Shown piece by piece: positions 59,223-63,418 of a stretch of 63,418 nucleotides of DNA (position 1 is the first letter of the stretch; each line of letters starts with the position of its first letter). The DNA comes from an uncultured Bacilli bacterium. GTDB taxonomy: Bacteria > Bacillota_I > Bacilli_A > RF39 > UBA660. Below the pieces are notes generated by a model. That model saw only the letters and a program-made list of their open reading frames with translations, was not told where the DNA came from and made no database searches. The position numbers and the translations under genes are program-made. The stretch spans positions 1 through 63,418 of the forward strand of contig CAKPHZ010000004.1 of assembly GCA_934162265.1 (NCBI GenBank), read 5' to 3'.

Positions 59223-60524
59223 TTATCGATACTCCTTTAGTAAATCTTGCATTTCTTTTTGTTCTTCTATGCTTGCTTCTTTTTTTTCTATATTTTTATT
59301 AAACCATTCTGGTACTTTTCCTTCTTTAGGGGTTCTTGTTTTTGTAGGACTTCCTTTTTTATATTTTTTATGTTCTTTTTCTGCTAAACGCATTGCGTCA
59401 TCAACAGTTTCTATTTTTTGTCGTTGCCATTGTCCAGCGATTGTTTCTGCTAATCCGCGGGTTAATTTATTATTATTTGTCTTTAGGATATAATCTATTA
59501 GTACATTGACAACTCCTGCTTTTAATCCATAATTGAAGATTAAATCTTCTGCTAATTTTAAGTCTCTTGAAGTTGGTTCTGCACCATTATTTTTACTTTT
59601 TAATAAATCGTAAGGGCTAACGGTTTCAAATGTATAAATCATTTTAGCTCTTTTAGAAGTATCACCGACTGGTTCTTTTAAGTATTCTGGTTGTGTATTA
59701 TAAACTACTGTTGGTAGTAATCCGTGATTATCGAATTGATAGTAATTGCGGCAAGTTTTTCTTAATTCTTCTTTATTTAGAGTTCCTCTTTCTGTGATAC
59801 AAATAGGGATAATATCTTGCATTTTTACGACGTCTAAATTATATAAGAAAGAGAGTTGTAAAATTAATTCTTGTGTATCTTTAGTAAAAATTTTATTTTT
59901 ATCTAGACCACTTGGTAAAGAATTGGCTAAGAATTCGAAATCAAAGTTAGTATTAATATTTAATTTTTGGACATTATTTTTCCTAATATCACTATTTACT
60001 ACTTCATAAGAGGTTAATGGTACAGTAGAAAATATTTCTGTAAATGATACAGTTATATCTTGATAATTGTTGGTTGATAATCTTGGTGCTTTGAAGTAAT
60101 CTAAAACTTTTTCATATTCTTTTTTTCCTACATTATTATATAAAACAACATTTAAGATTGGATGATTAAAAAAATCATTTGCTTTAATTGGAGAATATAA
60201 TTGATAAATATAATTTCCTGTTGTATCTTCTTTAAAATATGTTTTTAAAAGTCCGATTGCTTCTAGTTTAAGTCTTGCTTTTTCGATTTCTGATAGCGAT
60301 ATTTGCATATTTGTTACTAAGTGATGATGTGTGTATTCTGTGCTGATTAATTTTGATTTGTCTAAATCAGACCAAAATGTAAAATATAGCATAACCGCAA
60401 GAGGGCCTATGATTGGTTGATATAACATGGTTAGTATGAGTCTATCTTCTGCTGTAATTATGCTTTTGTTTACTACAATATAAGTATCTGCAGGAGATAT
60501 TCCTTTTAAATTTAATTCTTTCAT
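59223..60524 (-). CDS. dnaB: replication initiation and membrane attachment protein (Firmicutes DnaB, DnaD-like domains; not the helicase)
   Basis: It lies directly upstream of dnaI. The C-terminal DnaB_2/DnaD-type segment is GLKAGVVNVLIDYILKTNNNKLTRGLAETIAGQWQRQKI. Confidence 0.75.
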   Translation of the reverse strand: MKELNLKGISPADTYIVVNKSIITAEDRLILTMLYQPIIGPLAVMLYFTFWSDLDKSKLISTEYTHHHLVTNMQISLSEIEKARLKLEAIGLLKTYFKEDTTGNYIYQLYSPIKANDFFNHPILNVVLYNNVGKKEYEKVLDYFKAPRLSTNNYQDITVSFTEIFSTVPLTSYEVVNSDIRKNNVQKLNINTNFDFEFLANSLPSGLDKNKIFTKDTQELILQLSFLYNLDVVKMQDIIPICITERGTLNKEELRKTCRNYYQFDNHGLLPTVVYNTQPEYLKEPVGDTSKRAKMIYTFETVSPYDLLKSKNNGAEPTSRDLKLAEDLIFNYGLKAGVVNVLIDYILKTNNNKLTRGLAETIAGQWQRQKIETVDDAMRLAEKEHKKYKKGSPTKTRTPKEGKVPEWFNKNIEKKEASIEEQKEMQDLLKEYR

Positions 60525-60657
60525 ACAACCACTGTCCTCTTAGTTACATTTTATAATAAAAGTGGGGAAAAGTAAAGGTTTATCAAAATAGAAAAAAGAA
60601 CTTTTGGTGTTCTTTTAAATATTTAAATTACTTATTTATATTTTTATATTTATTAGG

Positions 60658-62835
60658 CTAATTTTGAGGTTTTAGTACTTTTCTTAGTTCTTTATTATTT
60701 TCATTTCTTACTTGATAAGGAGTATAGTTTGTTTTATTTAATTTTTCTAATAAATAAGATATTGTTTTAATTGCTTCTTCTTGAGAGTATGTTCCTTCTT
60801 TAATTTTATGAATTGTACTTAATAGATAAATTCCTAGTGAAGTATCTGGATTTAATTCTATTGTACTTGTAGTATTGTTTTTCATTGTATAATATTTATC
60901 TTTATTTTCATCAATAATATTAAATATAGTATGAGCTTCTTCTTTATCTATTTCAGATAATACTTGACATATTTGATTATGATTTCTATGTGTTAAACTT
61001 TTGTCAGTTATTTCTTCTTGATAAATAAAAGGAATATTATTTTTTTGAAATATTTCTTTGATATTAGAGCAAAGAACATAGTCTACTAATTGGAAGAAAC
61101 TGGATACTGTGATAATTTCTTCAGAAGTATTATTCAACTTCTGTAATATAGATATACTATCTTTTAAAATTGGGTTTTGGGGATTAGTTTGAATGTCTTT
61201 TTCAGAAAATACTTCATTGATATTGACTAAAGATGATGTAATTTTTAATGGGAGAAGAACGTTATCTTTGGTTAAGGAATAGGAGAAAGATAAGACTGGA
61301 TAAGTCGTTTCTTTTTCTAATTTAATTAGTTTATCTTGATGAGATAATAATTCACTTTCAAATGATAGAAGTTTACTGTTATCTAAAAGATGGGTAGTAA
61401 AGGTGATTGTTCCATTTTCATCACAAGAAATAGAAAAGGCTGTATTTTTTCTTTTATTAAACATGAATGTATTTTCTTTTACTATTTCTTTAGATGATCT
61501 TTGATAATAATTAACTAAGTTAGGGAAAGCAACATTTTTTAAAATGTTTTCTTGTTCTAAAATATTGTATTCTTCTTTTTCTGCTTTTTCTTGATGAAGT
61601 GATGAAATAATTTCTGATATATCTTCATTTACTTCTGATAAAGATATATAATTTCTTTTCTTACAATAATTTATAAAATCAGATATTTTATCTAAGAATT
61701 GCTCTATTTCTATCTCTGATAATGGGTTTGTTTGATTGAATATTAATTTTATTATTTCTTTATAAAAACTTGGATCTGTATATTGAATTCCTTGATTGAC
61801 TAACTTTACCTTATAATTTTGAATAAATTTATCTAAAAGATAGAATAATATATGATTATCTTGTCTTGCATATTTAAAATTATCTATTTGTAAGATTAAT
61901 TTTTCTATTATAGAATAATTTTTATCATCTTCTGATAAGTAAGATAAGATATTGTAATAAGATGATGTATCTAATGTATTATTTTTTACTTCTAATGGTA
62001 GGTTTTCTTCAAATAAATGAATAATTTTTTTGATAAAGTTTTTTTCTGTAGTATTTTCTTTAGGTAGAGTACGAAGATAGTTTTTTAAAACATCTTTTCC
62101 CAGTAAACATACTTCTTCTTTTGCAAATTCTGGTAATTTATTTATTTCTTTAAATATTTTAGTAATATCTTCTGGTATAAAATGATTTAATCCTTCACCA
62201 TACTTTTTTAAATAAATTCCATGACATAATTCATTTAATAAATCAGATAATTTTTGATTTAAGTTTGTTTGGTAAGTAAAATAGTCAGTAAAGTCTTTTA
62301 ATTGTTTTATATTTTCTTGTTCTTTAGATTGTTTATTCATTTCTTCTTGTTTTTTCTCTATTTTGATTAACTTATTGATGTATTTTAAGATTAACTTACT
62401 TTTTTTGTATTCTAGATTTGCTATGGATACTTTTTCTTTTAATTGTTGATATTTTTCTAGTTCTAGATGTTGTCGTAATACTTTTTTGTTTTTTCGTAAA
62501 TCTAATGAAATATTATTTTCTTTAGCAATTTTTTGAATTACTTCATTGATTATTTCTTTTTTCTTTTGATAGTTTTTTATATTATTTAGTAAATAAATAT
62601 CTTTTAATTTATATAAACTAGATAGTCTTTTTGATATTTTTTCTTCATCTAAATAATTAATAAATAAAGTTAATTCTTCTTCAGATAAAAAATAATTTAT
62701 CATTAAGATATTTAATAAATATTTTCTTTTTATTGTTTCTTTTTTTCCGTTTTGATCTTTATTTTTCTGTTCTAATTCGCTTATTTTTTTTAATAGTTCT
62801 TGTACTTTTGTTACATATACATCTTTAGACATCAT
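60658..62835 (-). CDS. 725-aa K/E/N-rich hypothetical protein
   Basis: Long uninterrupted ORF with no motif recognised. It lies between aspS and dnaB. Confidence 0.5.
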   Translation of the reverse strand: MMSKDVYVTKVQELLKKISELEQKNKDQNGKKETIKRKYLLNILMINYFLSEEELTLFINYLDEEKISKRLSSLYKLKDIYLLNNIKNYQKKKEIINEVIQKIAKENNISLDLRKNKKVLRQHLELEKYQQLKEKVSIANLEYKKSKLILKYINKLIKIEKKQEEMNKQSKEQENIKQLKDFTDYFTYQTNLNQKLSDLLNELCHGIYLKKYGEGLNHFIPEDITKIFKEINKLPEFAKEEVCLLGKDVLKNYLRTLPKENTTEKNFIKKIIHLFEENLPLEVKNNTLDTSSYYNILSYLSEDDKNYSIIEKLILQIDNFKYARQDNHILFYLLDKFIQNYKVKLVNQGIQYTDPSFYKEIIKLIFNQTNPLSEIEIEQFLDKISDFINYCKKRNYISLSEVNEDISEIISSLHQEKAEKEEYNILEQENILKNVAFPNLVNYYQRSSKEIVKENTFMFNKRKNTAFSISCDENGTITFTTHLLDNSKLLSFESELLSHQDKLIKLEKETTYPVLSFSYSLTKDNVLLPLKITSSLVNINEVFSEKDIQTNPQNPILKDSISILQKLNNTSEEIITVSSFFQLVDYVLCSNIKEIFQKNNIPFIYQEEITDKSLTHRNHNQICQVLSEIDKEEAHTIFNIIDENKDKYYTMKNNTTSTIELNPDTSLGIYLLSTIHKIKEGTYSQEEAIKTISYLLEKLNKTNYTPYQVRNENNKELRKVLKPQN

Positions 62836-63007
62836 TCATTCTCCTTTTTTTCAATTTTACTATAGCACAAAATATTTGTATTAGGAATAATATTTACTAG
62901 GAAGTAAAAAGATTTTTATATTATTTAAATAAAATACTTCATTTTATTTTTCTTCATTATTTATCTTTTTGGTGGAAAATAGAAAAAATAAGACAACTTT
63001 TTTAAAG

Positions 63008-63418
63008 CTATCTTATTTTAATGTGTAATTCTCTTAATTGGGCCTCTGTTAATTCAGAAGGTGAACCCATTAGGTTATCAATGCCGCTGGCACTTGTTGG
63101 GAAGGCTTGTACTTCTCTTAAGTTATCAACATCATTTAGAAGCATAATCATTCTATCAATTCCTGGAGCCATTCCTCCATGAGGGGGAGCGCCATATTTA
63201 AAGGCATTGTATAAAGAAGAAAATCTTTCTTTAACAATATCTTTAGAGTATCCTACTTTTTCAAAGGCTAATTCTAGGCAATCTAAGTCATGATTTCTTA
63301 AAGCTCCACTAGACATTTCGTATCCGTTGCATACAAAATCATATTGGTACGCTACGATATCATCTAAATTGTCGGTTTTTAAGGCTTCTATTCCTCCTTT
63401 AGGCATACTAAATGGATT
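63008..63418 (-). CDS. aspS: aspartate--tRNA ligase, C-terminal part (the gene continues beyond the window end)
   Basis: Class II motif 3 region GAPPHGGMAPGIDRMIMLL and FPTSASGIDNLMGSP. The ORF is open at the window edge. Confidence 0.9.
   Translation of the reverse strand, partial: NPFSMPKGGIEALKTDNLDDIVAYQYDFVCNGYEMSSGALRNHDLDCLELAFEKVGYSKDIVKERFSSLYNAFKYGAPPHGGMAPGIDRMIMLLNDVDNLREVQAFPTSASGIDNLMGSPSELTEAQLRELHIKIR

Overview
This is a low-GC (about 25-30% G+C by eye, not computed), standard-code Firmicutes-type chromosome segment. Gene content looks Bacilli/Erysipelotrichia-like: a DnaB/DnaI loader pair, DnaE and rplKAJL-rpoBC. From about 21.9 kb to the right end it is mostly core genome. 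That part holds mutY, eno, clpP, a TGS-uridine-kinase-type nucleoside kinase, two FAD enzymes, rpoC/rpoB, rplL/rplJ/rplA/rplK, nusG and secE. It also holds a SAM methyltransferase plus RluA-type pseudouridine synthase, dnaE, a queuosine-salvage gene, dnaI/dnaB and the 3' end of aspS. The left third (0-20.8 kb) is a mosaic accessory region. It contains an XRE regulator, a lipoprotein, oleate hydratase, an ASCH protein and several gene remnants (a Schlafen/HATPase_c_4 regulator with an in-frame stop, a DinD tail, a beta-helix tail). It also contains a cadC-cadA metal-efflux operon with a clear promoter/operator, a tight six-gene operon of unrecognised enzymes, and three more orphan genes. A decayed Bce-like ABC/histidine-kinase module follows. 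A large serine recombinase cassette then abuts a start-less collagen-like (G-X-Y) fragment and a GT2-TPR glycosyltransferase. I saw no rRNA, tRNA or CRISPR array. The candidates most worth follow-up are: (1) a MerR-promoter-driven operon encoding a Cys-rich mini membrane protein, MerR and an orphan, TM-less, Walker-B-degenerate type IV coupling-protein-like ATPase (51.2-53.5 kb); (2) the recombinase cassette flanked by two 5'-truncated genes (17.5-21.9 kb); (3) the six-gene GNAT/thiol-peptidase-like/HExxH operon (9.6-13.8 kb); (4) a 779-aa internally duplicated coiled-coil protein plus DUF1292 inserted, with its own promoter, between rplL and rpoB; (5) a toxin-antitoxin-like pair just after the rpoC terminator; (6) an 86-aa acidic tail on RpoB. 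All functional calls rest on motif recognition by eye. No database search was run.
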